Shown here: positions 1 through 13,009 of the stretch, piece by piece
Layout: each line of letters starts with the position of its first letter
Position numbering within the stretch: the first letter of the stretch is position 1
NCBI RefSeq assembly: GCF_963921235.1
Contig: NC_086124.1
Location: 15,562,001-15,626,000, forward strand
Length of the DNA stretch: 64,000 bases
Reading direction: 5' to 3'
Source: Mobula hypostoma
Lineage: Eukaryota
Program-made: the position numbers and the translations under genes
The notes under the pieces: generated by a model
What the model was told of the DNA's origin: nothing
Databases searched by the model: none
The model's input: the letters and a program-made list of their open reading frames with translations, nothing else

Positions 1-1053
1 ATGATAAAAACAGTAAGAGGGAAAAGATACATGTTGATGGTAATCGACAGATTCAGCAGATGGGTAGAGGCAGTACCCTCGAAAGATCAAGGGGCAGGAA
101 CAGTGGTGAAATTCCTGACAAACGAAGTGATCCCAAGGTTTGGGATACTGACGGAAATTAGCTCAGACAATGGTTCAGCTTTCATTCAAAAAGTGGTCAA
201 GTTAGTTCTGCGAGCATTGAGAATAAAGCAGAGATTTGGATGTGTGTATCACCCTCAGTCGCAGGGTATGGTGGAAAGAATTAACGGGACCTTAAAAACC
301 AAACTAAACAAAATCTGTGTAGATACTAAACTTAATTGGGTCGATGCACTACCATTAGCATTAATGAGTTACCGCATGCAGACTAATCGGATGACGTGTC
401 TAACACCGCATGAAATGCTAACCGGAAGGCCCATGCCAATGCCCCAGTGGAGAGGACCATATAAAGGGCCTAGTTTAGAACAACTGGAATTGGAATTAAA
501 ACAATACATGCGGCAATTGACTATGATGCATAAGTCTATTTATGTACAGGAAAAACAGAAAGAGCCAGAGATTGATCAAGGGGAAGGACCAATCAAGCCA
601 GGTGATCAGGTCTACATGTGAGCGTTTTGAAGAAAGTGGAACGAACCCAGCAGGGAAGGGCCCTTTATAGTAACCAAAGCATCACCCACCGCAGTTCAAG
701 TGGAAGGACGCTCCACCTAGTATCATCTCAATCACTGCACTAGAGCAGTCCCGCAGGTACAGTCAGGTGGGCCAGCCGAGGTAAGTGGTGAAGAGGAACA
801 AACAGTAGGGGGCAGGCAAGAGCAACAAGAAGCTGACACTGACCCGCAGGAACTTGACCGAGTAATAAGGGAAATTTTTGGTCCTGAGGACAGGCCCGAA
901 GATCCCAAGGACGAGGTTATGGATGGTAGTACTCTTTCAGATAATGGGGACGACTTGGGGGCGACCAGTCTCGCCCCCTGGGAGGATACACTCAGATACT
1001 CTTGTGCAGATTTGGAGATGATTAATTTGGCAGATGTGGCATGGGACTGTTAA
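1..1053 (+). pseudogene. pol: Endogenous retrovirus pol, integrase and C-terminal region (5' part outside window), disrupted
   Basis: DDE core VIDRFSRW / SSDNGSAF / HPQSQGMVER. The frame continues past in-frame stops at 619, 628 and 718 through a GPF module (REGPFIVTKASPTAVQVEG..YHLNHC) to TAA at 1051-1053. Confidence 0.9.
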
Positions 1054-2542
1054 GATTCCACCAAATCTGAGAGAAAGGAGTAAGAGGAGCACAATGGTTA
1101 CCTCCGTACCATGGTACCAGAACATGTGGTACCAATGGGCAAATTATACAGCAGGGATGATGAAGAGACAGAATTGTTATCTATGCTCAAGGGCAAGTCC
1201 AGTGCAATATGTAGTCCCCATGCCATACAACTCCTCCACCTGCACGCAATGGCGAAAGGAGCGGAGGGGGCAGTGTGTGCAGCAGTGTCCAAGTATAGTC
1301 AAGACCTGCAGTATGGGAATTTGTAGCGGGATAGATCCTTGTTATCGGAAATGTATTGATAACACACCAATGTGCCTTTATTGGTGTATTTTATACCAGG
1401 CTTCCTCGCAGTATGATCAAAACAAGCTTGCCTCTAACTGAAATTACAGCAGACCGTGGGCTATGAATAAAAGAAGCCAGACACCCACATTTGAAAAGCT
1501 CAAAGTGCAGGAGCATTTGAGTTATGAATGTTTCACATGGACGGGTGATCTCCAGGTTGGACATTTCAGTGGTAACTGTGCTGAGACTTGGGATGTAACC
1601 CCAGGCCAGAGATACAAGACAGGTACCCCTCCGCCCGATGGTGCACTGGATGCCCAGACCATCCCGTTAGCAGATACCCGGTGGCTCTGTGGGAAGGAGG
1701 GAGGTCTGAGATCCACGCTCCCCCTTGGTTGGACAGGTACAAGTACACGAGTTATGCTGATTCAAGAAGTTGTAGTATCCCCTGAAGTACAATTTGACAC
1801 TCTGAAGCAGCAGATACTGCGAATAAGGAAGAGAAAATATGAACCTGATCCAACAATCCAAATCGACAGTACAGGACAGCCGAGAGGTATACCTAATGAA
1901 ATTAAGACAAGAAATGAGATTGCTGTGGGCTGGGAGGCACTTACACCTATAACAGGGGTTAGTAAAAATGTTGAATGGATAAATTATATATATTATAATC
2001 AACAGAGATTCATTAACTACACTGATGATGCACTAGAGGCCTTGGGGCAGCAGCTAGATGCAACCAGTAGAGTGGCGTGGCAAAATAGACAGGTACTAGA
2101 CTGGCTATTGGCAGAGAAAGGAGGAGTTTGTGTAATGTTTGGGGAACAGTGCTGTACTTTTATACCGAATAGCACTAGTCCGGAGGGATCGTTTACCAGA
2201 GCAATGAATAAACTGAAAAATTTAAGAAAGGAAGTTAAACAAAATGCAGGGTTTGGACACCAGTTCTTTGACTGGTTAAATAGTAAACTAGGAGGATGGG
2301 CAGCATGGCTGACCAAGATTGCAGTAACCATTGGTATTGTATTACTAAGCTGTGCGGTCATTCTGTGCTGTTTTCTTCCATGCCTCAAGTCGCTTGTAGT
2401 GCGTGCTGCAATGAAACGGTTTCCGATGCTCCTGGAAATTGTTGGGTCGAGCCCTATGGAGAAGGAGGCACCGATGATGTATTCGTACAGTCTACGAGAC
2501 ATGCAAGACGAACAGGAGAGAGATGAGATATGTGGGGATTAG
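944..2542 (+). pseudogene. env: Gamma-type retroviral envelope (class I / epsilon-like ERV), interrupted by in-frame stops
   Basis: ORFs 1034-1441 and 1463-2542 share a frame and are separated by TGA 1439-1441. Motifs: CxxC (CYLC), furin site RIRKR, NVEWINYIYYNQQRF, ISD WQNRQVLDWLLAEKGGVC, CX6CC and a TM helix. Possible acceptor ctttcag at 934-940. The start position is uncertain. Confidence 0.88.
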
Positions 2543-2769
2543 GCTGTGAAGGCTCCTGAGTCTTTTTTCCTGTCTCAGTTACGAAGGGATGGGTTTTTGG
2601 CTCAGCGGCCTAGGGAGTTAGGGAGAGAACACTTTGAGTCTTAAGCGCAGGAAACTATAGTTTAACCCAAATTTGGGAGTAAATGCGTGGCTTTATTTGA
2701 GCTTTTGTGCATAGACTCTCAGTCCTCTCTCTCTCTGTATGAGACCCTGTGGGTCTCAAAGGGTGGATT

Positions 2770-3366
2770 ATATTGGAAAATGTAAACGCATACATTGTAT
2801 TTTCTATGTATTACAGTATTTACAATATTTACTCAACAGTATTTCAGTATTCACTCAAATGCACACATTATATTTTCTATATTTACTATGTAACTGCTAC
2901 TAGCTGAGTGGAAGGTATTCACAATGTAGCCATGACTTTTGACCTAATCACTATTAATTCATGAAGAGAACTAGAATGAAACCAAGTAGGAAGATAACGG
3001 TGGCGAGTAAGGTAATGAAATATGTGGCAGTATGTCAAAACAAGACCAATTAAGAAATAACTGTGGTTAGGGATGAGGGGACACCTGGTCTAAAAAGTAA
3101 ACTAGGACATAATTAAATTGGGGAGTAAAACAATAGTGGAAGGTCGAGAGCGGATGTATTGATGATATGTGATCACAGGCCGTCTGGATATGATAATGTA
3201 GCTAAGATAGGAGATTGCTATAAAAAATGCTGTGTCCAAGCCTCGAGGGGCAGTCAGCTACTAGCTTTCTGATTGTCTCAACTTTGATTTGCAAATTAAA
3301 GTTTAAAACTTCTTGAAGGATTTTCTGCGTCTCCTTGTTGTTTGTAAGAAACGAGAAACCACGACA
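2770..3366 (+). mobile_element. 3' LTR of the ERV, preceded by a polypurine tract
   Basis: PPT-like aaagggtgga at about 2758-2767, TATAAAA 3219-3225, ATTAAA 3295-3300. Ends ...acgaCA at 3366 with an abrupt switch to CR1 sequence. The 5' edge is approximate. Confidence 0.75.
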
Positions 3367-5070
3367 AAATCAGACCTCTGGAAAATTACACCAGAGAGGT
3401 AGTAATGTGAGGGAAAGAAACAGCAGATAAATGGAATAAATATTTTGTATCAGTCTTCACAGTGGAAGACACTAGCAATATGCTGGAAGTTCTAGTGCAT
3501 CGGGGGAAGAATTGAGTACAGTTGCTATTTGATAGGGAGAAGGAGCTTGGGAAGCTGAAAAGGGCGAACCATCTGAATCAGATGGTCTACACCCCAGGAT
3601 TCTGAAAGAAGTAGCTAAAGAGATTGTGAAGGCATTGGTAATGATCTTTCAAGAATCACTAGATTCTCGCATGGTTCAGGGTGATTGGAAAATTGCAAAT
3701 GTCACTCTACCCTTCAAGAAGGGAAGATAGCAGAAGAAAGGAAATTATAGGCCAGTTAGCCCGATGTCAATGTTAGATGTAAGATGTTGGCGTCAATTGT
3801 TATGTATGTGGTTTCAAGGTACATGGAGGCAGTAGGCCACAGAAAACAGGCCAGTCTGCATTAGTTCTTTAAGGGAAAATTTTGCCTGACAGATCTTTGG
3901 GAATTTTTGAGGAAATAACAAGCAGGATAGACAAAGGAGAATTGGTGGATGTTGTGTACTTGGATTTACGGAAGGCGTTTGATAAGGTGCTGGGGATGAG
4001 GCTGCTTAATAAGGGCCCATTATTAAAGGTAAGATACTAGCATGGAAAGCTGATTGGCAGGAGGCAAAGAGTGGGAATAAAGGGAGCCTTTTCTGGTTGG
4101 CTGTCGGTGACCAGTAGTGTTCTTCAGTGGTCGGTGTTGGAACCACTTTTTTTTGTTATATGTCAATGATTTGGATGACAGAATTGATGGCTTTGTGGCC
4201 AGGTTTGCAGATGAAACAAAGGTTTGTGGGGGAAGGCACTGCAGTGGAAGCAGGGATCTAGAAATATTAGGAGAATGGGCAAAGATTGGCAGATGGAATA
4301 CACTGTTGGGAACTGTATGGTCATGCACTTTGGCAGAGGGGATAAAAATATAGACGGTTTTCCAAATGGGGATAAAATTCAAAAATCTGAGGTGCACAGG
4401 GATTTGGGAGTCCTCATGCAGGATTCACTGAAGGTTAATTTGCAGATTTGAATCGGTGGTGTGGAAGGCAAATGCAACATTAGCATTCATTTCAAGAGGA
4501 CAAGAATATAAAATCAAAGATATCATGCTGATGCTTTATAAGGCACTGGTGAGGCCTCATGGAGTATTGTGAGCAGTTTTAGGCCCTTTATCCAAGGAAA
4601 GACATGCTAACATTGGAGGGGTTCAAAGTAGGTGCACAAAAATGCTTCCAGAATTGAAAGGGTTATTGTATAAAGAGTATTTGATGGCTCTGGGCTTGAA
4701 CTTAATGCAATTTGGAAGAATGAGGGGGATCTCATTGAAACCTATCTTATGTTGAAAGGCCTAGATAGAACGGATGTGGAAAGAATGTTTCCCCCAGTGA
4801 GGGAGTCTTGGACTCTATTCCGAGGCTTAGAGGGATGTCCTTTCAGAACAGTGATGACAAGGAATTTCTTTAGCTGGAGGGTAGTGAGTCTGTGGAGTTC
4901 ATTCCTACAGGTGGCATGGAGGCCAGGTTATTAGGCATACTTAAGACAGAGGTTGATAGGCTCTTGATTAGTCAGGACATGAAAAGTTACAGGAAGCAGG
5001 TAGGAGAATGGGGTTTAGAGTGAAAGTGGAACAGCCCTGATGATATGGCGGAGCAGACCCAATGGGTCAA
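3367..5070 (+). mobile_element. CR1-clade LINE, degenerate ORF2 RT plus 3' UTR (host site of the ERV)
   Basis: RT remnants (LDLRKAFDKV; YVNDLDD..FADETK) and a 3' tail similar to other CR1 copies in the window. Confidence 0.85.
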
Positions 5071-5074
5071 AATC

Positions 5075-5412
5075 AGAAACAACTAAACAGATTATATCTT
5101 GATGCACCTTCTATGCATGGACATCAGAAATTATATGTTCCTTCAAAAACGTCAATTAGATATGTGCAGAACATTAAACATAAAGAAAGGTGCAACTGAG
5201 CTAGTAGGATCTAAACAGAGCAGCAGGACGAATATGAAACATGCACATATCTGCAATATCAACAAGCAAAGAAAATAGATCATAGTGTGATAAAGGGAAA
5301 ACTTTCGACAGAATATACTTCCAGGGTTAAGAAAATCTACCTAATAGAGCTCAATAATAAAAAGATAACAAAGGCAATAAGCACTTTTGGTATACCCATA
5401 TTAATGTATTCT
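5075..5412 (+). mobile_element. R4/Dong-like non-LTR RT fragment
   Basis: 5281-5412 translates to HSVIKGKLSTEYTSRVKKIYLIELNNKKITKAISTFGIPILMYS, resembling the post-RT segment of R4/Dong-clade elements. Recognised by eye only. Confidence 0.5.
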
Positions 5413-6320
5413 GTAGTTCCATTTACACCACAGTAATACTGATACCTCTGATTTTAGCTTCTCCTGCCCAAACTGCAGGGTGAATTCTATCATATTATAT
5501 GGTCACTGCCCAAAAGGTTCAAATTTGGTTCATTACACAACTCCCAATCCAGGATTGCCTTTTTCCTAGAGCGCTCAACCACAAGCTGTTCTAAAAGGCC
5601 ATCTTGTAAACATTCTACAAATTCCTTCTTTTGGGTTCCAGCACTAACCTGATTGTCCCAATCTATCTGCATATTAAAATACCCCATGACCATCGTGACT
5701 TTTCCCTTTTTAAATGCATTCTTATATTTCAATGTGCTTTATAGCCTATGTCCTGGCTACTGTTTGGAGGCCTGAATATCATTCCCATCAGGGTCTTTTT
5801 ACTCTTGCAGTTTCTTAACTCTGCACACAAGTATTCCACATCTTCTGATCCCATGTCATCTCTTTCTAAGGATTTGATTTCATTTTTTATCAACTGAGTC
5901 ACCTCATCCCCTCTGTTATCTACCTGTCCTTTTGATACAAAGTGTATTCTTGAATGTTAGCTCCCAACTATGATTTTCTTTTAGCACATCTCAGTGATGT
6001 CCACCACTGCAAGATCATCTATCTTATTTTGTATACTGTGTGCATTCAGACAAAACACTTTCAGTCCTGTATTCATCATCCTTTATGACTTCCTCCTGTT
6101 ACATTTCAATTACCTCAATGACAGCAACTTTGCCCTATCATCTGCCTGCCCTTCCTCACAATCTCACTACCCATTGTCTCATACCAACTGCCCCATATTC
6201 AGGCCTGTTACTTCAGTTCCCAGCTCCATGCCAAATTGCTTTAAACCCTCCCCAACAGCTCTGACAAACCTGTCTGTAAGATTCTTGGCCTCCCTCGGGT
6301 TCAGGTGTAACCCGTCCTGA
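5413..6320 (-). mobile_element. CR1 LINE 5' fragment (end of ORF1 esterase and APE endonuclease)
   Basis: DGLHLN (SGNH esterase) and MGYFNMQIDW...EFVECLQDGLLEQ...AILD. Confidence 0.8.
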
Positions 6321-7773
6321 GATCTTGTCCTACAGTGGCTGGACAATTTCAGGACCAGGGTAGGACTGCCAGACTGGGTAACAGCTTCTTCTCTCAGGCT
6401 GTAAGACGAATAAATACCCTGCCACCATTGAGGTCTCAGCACTAAGGCCCCGCGCTGCACTCTATGACATACATTTTGAACTATATCTTACTGACTTATT
6501 TAGAATGTGCTGTATATGATATAATGTATGTAGTGTGGTTGCACTGTGGTTGGAGGAACATTTGTTGGGTTGTATATATATCCAGTCAAACAACAACAAA
6601 CATGAACTGGAGCTTGAACAATTTAGGTGTGTATCTTTTTGCCAGGAACAATCACAGTCATGGAAAGACCATGATCGCCCACGCCACATGACACACCACA
6701 TTACAAACAAACAATTCTTTGGAGCCAAGAGTGAGGGGTGATCACATTCAAATTCAAACATACAAGGCCCGGTGGGGGCGGGGGGGGGGTGGTGACAGGC
6801 GATATGTTGGAGAACCATAAACATGGGGATATACCTGCTGGTCATTTCTGTTGAATGGTAATGCCTTCTCTGAGTGAGTAGTGATTCTCAGCACCACTCT
6901 AACCCAGATACCCAGATGGAGTGCAGGGCAGGGCATCAGACATATGTAAGGAGGAGATGATAAATATTTGAAAAAAACATCACTTGAAGGAAGATCCCTT
7001 GTGTATAAAAGGTATTCAGACAAATAGAGGCAGAGAAAAGCTGCTAGGATTAATGGCTGAATACAGACAAATGGGGTTAACAAGGGTGGGCATTGCTGTT
7101 GGCATGGACCTGGTGGGTACAAAGGGCACTTTCTGTGCTGTACAGTTGGTTCCTTGGCTGAGGAATTAAGGGTCACGGGGAACAAGTGCTGAAGAAGAGC
7201 TGAGGCCTGAGACAGATCAGTCCTGATCATAGTAAATGGAGCAGGGGTGAGGTGCCAGGTGGGCAATGCCTCTCCTGTTGTCTTGTGGGCAGCAAGTCCA
7301 GGGTGGACAAGGTCAGCCTGTGCAATAAGGACGCACTTCTGAAAAAACACTGGCATGGTACTGCAAGCACACTGAGCTGCTGGAGCACAGCACCTGCCAG
7401 TGAGGACACAGACCAGTTACAACAGGCAATCTCTAATACAAGGGCAGAGATTTAAGAGATGGACCAGAACTGGACATTTCCAGCATTGCACTCTCAACAC
7501 TAGAGTAACAGAGTACTACAGCACAGGAACAGGCTCTTTGGTCCATCTGGTCAGTGCCGAACTGTTATTCTGATTAATCTCATCGACCTGCACATGGATC
7601 ACAACCTTCATACTCCTCTCATCCACATGTACTTATCCAAGTTTCCCTTACACTCTGCAATCGAACTCACACCAACCAATTCCACTGGAAGCTCATTTCA
7701 CACTTGCACCATCCTCTGGGTGAAGAAGTCCTTCTTTTCAGGTTCCTCTTAAATATTTCACCTTTCACCCCTA

Positions 7774-10700
7774 ACCATAAGACCATATGATATGGGAGCA
7801 GAATTAGGCCATTTGGCCCATCGAGTTTGCTCCACCATTTCATCATGGCTGATCCACTTTTCCTCTCAGCCCCAATCTCCTGCTTCTCCCTGTATCCCTT
7901 CACGCCCTGACCTATCAACCTCTGCCTTAATTATACATAAAGACTTGGTCTCTACAGCTGCCTCTGGCAAAGAATTCCACAGATGCACCACCCTCTAGCT
8001 AAAGAAATTCCTCCTCATCTCCGTTCTAAAAAGGCGCCCCTGTATTCTGAGGCTGTGCCTTAGACTCTCTCACCATAGGAAACATCCTCTCCACATCCAC
8101 CCTATCAAGGCCTTTCTACATTCAATAGGTTTCATTAAAATTACTCCTCATTCTTCTGAATTCTAGTGAATACAGGCCATCAAACACTCTTCATATGACA
8201 AGCTGTTTAATCCTGGAATCATTTTCATGAATCTCCTATGCACCCTTTCCAGTTTCAGAACATCCTTTCTAAGATGCTTTCAAAACTGCTCACAATATTC
8301 CACGTGAGGCCTCACCAGTGCTTTATAAAGTCTCAACATTACATCCTTGCATATATTTTCCAGTCCTCTTGAAATAAATGCTGAAATCGCATTTGGCTGC
8401 TTCACCACAGACTCAACCCGCAAACCCTACACAAGGACTCCCAAGCCCCATTGTTCCCCAGTTTATTTTGTATTTTCTCTCCATTTATTAAAAAGTCAAC
8501 CCTTTCATTTTTTTCTACCAAAGTGCGTGACCATACACTTCCCAACACTATATTCCATCTGCCACTTTTTTCCCCATTCTCCTAAACTGTTTGTCCATCT
8601 GTAGCCTCTCAGCTTCCTCAAAGCTACCTGCCTCTCCACCTATCTTCATATTGTCTGCAAGCTTTGCAACGAAGCCATCAATTCCATCATCCAAATCATT
8701 GAAATACAATGTAAAAAGAATTGATCCCAAAACAGACCCCTGTGGAACACCAGCAGCCAAGCAGAAAAGATCCCCTTTATTCTCACTTTTTCCCCTGGCC
8801 AATCAGATGCTGCTTTTTCCATGCTAGAATCCTTCCTGTAATACCATGGGTTTGTAGCTTGTTAAGTAGCCTCATGTGTGGCACTTTGTCAAAGGCCTTC
8901 TGAAAATCCAAGTACACAACATCAACTGATTTCTCCTTTGTCTATCCTGCTTGTTGTTTCTTCAAAGAATTCCAACAGACTTGTCAGTCAAGATTTTCCC
9001 TTTTGTAAACCTTACTGACTATGATCTATTTTATCATCTGCCTCCAAGTACCCTAACCTCAGCCTTAAAAGTTGACTCCAACATCTTCCCAACCACTTAA
9101 GTTAGACTACCTGGCCTGTAGTTTCCTTTCTTCTGCCTTTCTTCCTCCTTAAAGAGTGCAGTGATATTTGCAATTTTCCAATCTTGCCGAACCAATCCAT
9201 AATCCAGTGATTCTTGGAAGATCATTACCAATACCTCCACAAACTCTTCAACCACCTCTTTCAGAACACTAGAGTGTACACAATCTGGTCCAGGTGATTT
9301 ATGTACCTTCAGACCTCTCAGTTTCCCAAGAACCTTCTCTCTAATAATGATAACTTCATCCACTTCATGACTGCTAACACCTGGAAATTCCAGCATACTG
9401 CTAGAGTGTTCCATAGTGAAGACATACAAAATACTTATTCAGTTCATCCGCCATTTCCTTGTCCCCCATTATTACTTTTCCAAATCATTTTCTAGTGGGC
9501 TGATATCCACTATCCTCTTTTACATGTTATGTGTCTGAAGAAACTTTTGGTATCCTCTTTAATATTACTGACTAGCTTACTTTCGTATTCCATCTTTACA
9601 TTCTTTTTTACTTTTTTAGTTGCCTTCTGTTGGTTTTTAAACATTTCTCAATCCTCTAACCTCCCAGTAATTTTGCTCTTTTATACGCCCTTTGTTTTTT
9701 ACATTGGCTTTGACTTCTCTTGTTAGCCATGATTGTGTCACCTTGCCTTTAGAATACTTTCTCCTCTTTGGGATGTATATATCCTGTGCCTTCTGAATTG
9801 CTTCCAGAAATTCCAGTTGTTGCTGCTCTGCCATCATCCCTGCCAGTGTTCTTTTCCCATCAATTCTGGCAACTCCTCTCGCATGCCTCTGTAATTCCCT
9901 TTACTCTACTGCATGTCCATAAACGTTCTTTTACCTTAAGCTCTCTAATCAATTCTGGTTCATTGCCGAACAGCCAACCCAGAATAGCTGATCTCCTAGT
10001 GGGTACAACTACAAGCTGCTCTAAAAAACCATCTCTCAGGCACTCTAGAAATCCCCCTTTCTGGAATCCAGCACCAAACTGATTTTCCCAATCTATCTGC
10101 ATATTGGAATCCACCATGACCATTGTAACATTGCCCTTCTGGCCTAAATTTTCTATCTCCTGTTGTAATTTGTAGGCCACATTCTTCCTACTCTTCGGGG
10201 GTCTGTATACAACTCCCATCAGGGTCTTTTTATCCTTGCAGTTCCTTAGCTCTATCTACAATGATTCAACACCTTCCAACCTTATGCTAGCTCTTTCTAA
10301 TGATTTGATTTCAATTTTTACCAACAGAGCAACGGTGTCACCCTGCCTTCCTGCCTGTCTTTTTGATATAATGTGTATCCTTGGACATTAAACACCCAGC
10401 TATAACCTCCTTTCAGCCATGATTCAGTGATGCCTACATCATCATATCTGCTAATCTGCAAATGTGCTACCAGTTCATCTTATTCTGTATGCTGCGCATT
10501 CAAATATAACACCTTCAGCCCTGTAATTCACCCTTTTCTATTTTGTCCACCTTTTACATTGGAACTCATCCTGTTAAATGCAATTTTGCCCTATCAACAG
10601 CCTCTTCTTACTTCAGATTGCCTTTGTCTGTAAACCAGCTACCCATCTTCAGTACTATCATCCGCCTTTCATATGATACTTCTGGCAGCTCAAGACACTA

Positions 10701-11370
10701 TTTGCACCATCTTCATCCTTTTGATTCCTAACTTTGTATGAGGTCTTACCTCAGACCTTCATAACCTCTCCACTAACTGTTCCAGTTTTCTGGTTCCCAG
10801 CCCCCTGCAACTCTCCTTTAAACCCCGCTGTGCAGCAATAAAAAACCTTCCCGCTAGGATATTAGCTCCCCTCCAGTTCAGGTGCAAACCGTGCCACCTG
10901 TACAGGTCCCATCTTCCATAGAAGGGAGCTTAATAATCCAATGATCTTATGCCCTTCCTCCTACACCAACTCCTTAGCCACATATTAAACCATGTAATCT
11001 TCCTATTTCTGGCCTCACTAGCACGTGACATAGGTAGCAATCCTGAGATCACAACCCAGGATGTCCTGATTTTTAACTAAGCACCTAACTTCCTGAACTC
11101 TAAATGCAGAAACTCATCGCTCATCCTACCCATGTCATTGGTAACTACGTTTGTACATAGACCACGACATCTGGCTGTTCACCCTCCCACTTAAGAATGC
11201 TGAGGACTCAATCTGAGATATCTCAAACCCTGTCACCGGGTAGTCCGCACACCATCTGGGAATCTCGTTCTTGCCCACAGAACCTCCTGTCTGTTCTCCG
11301 AAGTAATAAATCCCCTATCACCACAGTGTTCCTCTTCTCCTCCTTCCCTTCAGAGTCACAGAGCTAGGAA
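7774..11370 (-). mobile_element. Near full-length degenerate CR1 LINE (ORF1 SGNH esterase, APE, RT, 3' tail)
   Basis: Minus-strand remnants VVIGD / TNDMG / VVISG; GVVYRPP; KSPGPD; GVPQGSVLG; 3' tail at 7774-7830. Confidence 0.85.
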
Positions 11371-11379
11371 CCTTCTCCT

Positions 11380-12135
11380 AATCTCTAGGGAATAAACCTA
11401 TTCAACCTTTCCCCATAACTCAGATTCTCAAATCCCAACAACATCATTATGCATTTTCTCTGCACTCTTTCAAGTTTATCATTACCTTTCCTGTAGGTAG
11501 GTGACTAGAACTGAACACAATACTCCCAGATTTGGCCTGACCAATATCTTATAAAGCTTCAATATATCCCAACTTCTTTACTCAATACTGTCATTTATTA
11601 AGCCCAATCTGCTAAGAGCTCTTTTTTTTAATGACACTATCTACATGTGATGCTACTTTAAAGACATTATGGATCTGTATTCCCATACTGATCTTCAAGT
11701 GGGCTAATTTTGTCTCTTGCTATGCATTTGCTCGTCTTCCAGAGCAAGCTCGTACTTTATTTAGTCCCTCTGAAGTGTTCCTTACTTCTTTTATCTCCTC
11801 AAGTGCATCACTTGTTCCTTGTTGCCTATTCTTGCAAAACACCTCCTCCTTTGTTAAAACAGGGTCGCAATATCTCTCGAAAACCTAAATTCCCTAAACC
11901 TTTTAGCCTTGCCTTTTATTCTAACAGGAGCATACAAACACATTACCCTCAATATTTCAGTTCTGAAGGCATCCCACTTAGCCAGCGTCCCTTTGCCAGA
12001 GAACAACCTATCCCAATAAACACGGGCCATTCCATTCTGATACCGTCCAAATTGGCCTTACTCTAATTTAGAACCTCAACCCGAGGACCAGTCCTATCCT
12101 TCTCCAAAACTGTCTTGAAACCAATGGAAATATGA
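11380..12135 (-). mobile_element. CR1 fragments (second subfamily)
   Basis: Similar to the CR1 copies at 35465-37570 and 41050-42625. Confidence 0.6.
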
Positions 12136-12169
12136 TCACGAGTGAACCGACACACTCATCTATCACCCC

Positions 12170-12361
12170 CGGGCCAAGGCCGCACCCCCACACCGTCCTG
12201 TTGCCACGGGAACGGCGTCAGTGACGTCGCGCACAAATGATCCTACGAAGCGCCCTCGCGTCACGTGACATCCAGTCCGCAGACCAGGAGGCGGAGCATA
12301 GTAGACTGTCAATCAGCGAGCCGCCGCTGGCAGTCACCCGTATACGGGGGCTTCGGTGAGG
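12170..12361 (+). promoter_or_regulatory. CpG-rich promoter-like island with a candidate first-exon splice donor
   Basis: RFX X-box-like GTTGCCACGGGAAC 12200-12213, CRE-like TGACGTC 12222-12228, palindromic E-box GTCACGTGAC 12260-12269, GC box 12287-12297, donor G|GTGAGG at 12356. Confidence 0.6.
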
Positions 12362-12459
12362 GAATTTGGCACCGGGGCAGAGAGGGCGATCATTTCAATT
12401 ACTGTATCCGTATATTGAAAAGAAAAATAATAGTTTAATTATGTTAAGATGATTCTTTT

Positions 12460-12730
12460 CAGAACATGTTTAGAACGGAGTTGAGGAAAAACTTTCACAC
12501 AGAGGGTTGTGGTTCTGTGATATGCTCTGTCTCAGAAGGCACTGGAGGACAATTTTCCGGATTCTTTCAAGAAAGAGTTAGATAAAGCTCTTCAAGGTAG
12601 CGGAGTCAAGGGATATGGGGAGAAGGCAGGAAAAGGGAAGTGATTGTGGATGATCAGCCATGATCACAGTGAATGGCAGTGCTGGCTCGAAGGGCTGAAT
12701 GGCCTACTCTGCACCTATTGTCTATTATCT
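12460..12730 (+). mobile_element. CR1 3' end fragment
   Basis: Typical 3' tail ...gctggctcgaagggctgaatggcctactctgcacctattgtc. Confidence 0.75.
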
Positions 12731-13009
12731 GAGTTTGATATAATCAGCTTAAAATGACGAGAGGATCGAAAACAAATTGAAACGCTGGAAATTTGAAACT
12801 AAAGCAGAGAAACTCAGCAGCTCAGGAAGCATCTATGGAAAAGAGTAAACTGTCGACGTTTTGGGACCCTTCAAAAGCAACCTCGCTGTAATTTGCAAAA
12901 AAGAATGGTGGAGAGATCGATGGAATTAAATGAATAGCAGTATAAACCGAAGCCAGGGGAAATAGGTCAATGGGGACAGAGAGATGGTGAATAAGATTAT
13001 CATATTTAT

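Noticed and set aside
619-1441. APOBEC-type hypermutation or programmed readthrough in the ERV
   Set aside because: Only two stops look TGG-derived and the others fit CpG decay (CGA to TGA). There is no consensus to test against, and several stops argue for simple decay.
6754-7356. 200-aa minus-strand ORF
   Set aside because: No recognisable domain; it overlaps decayed repeat fragments.
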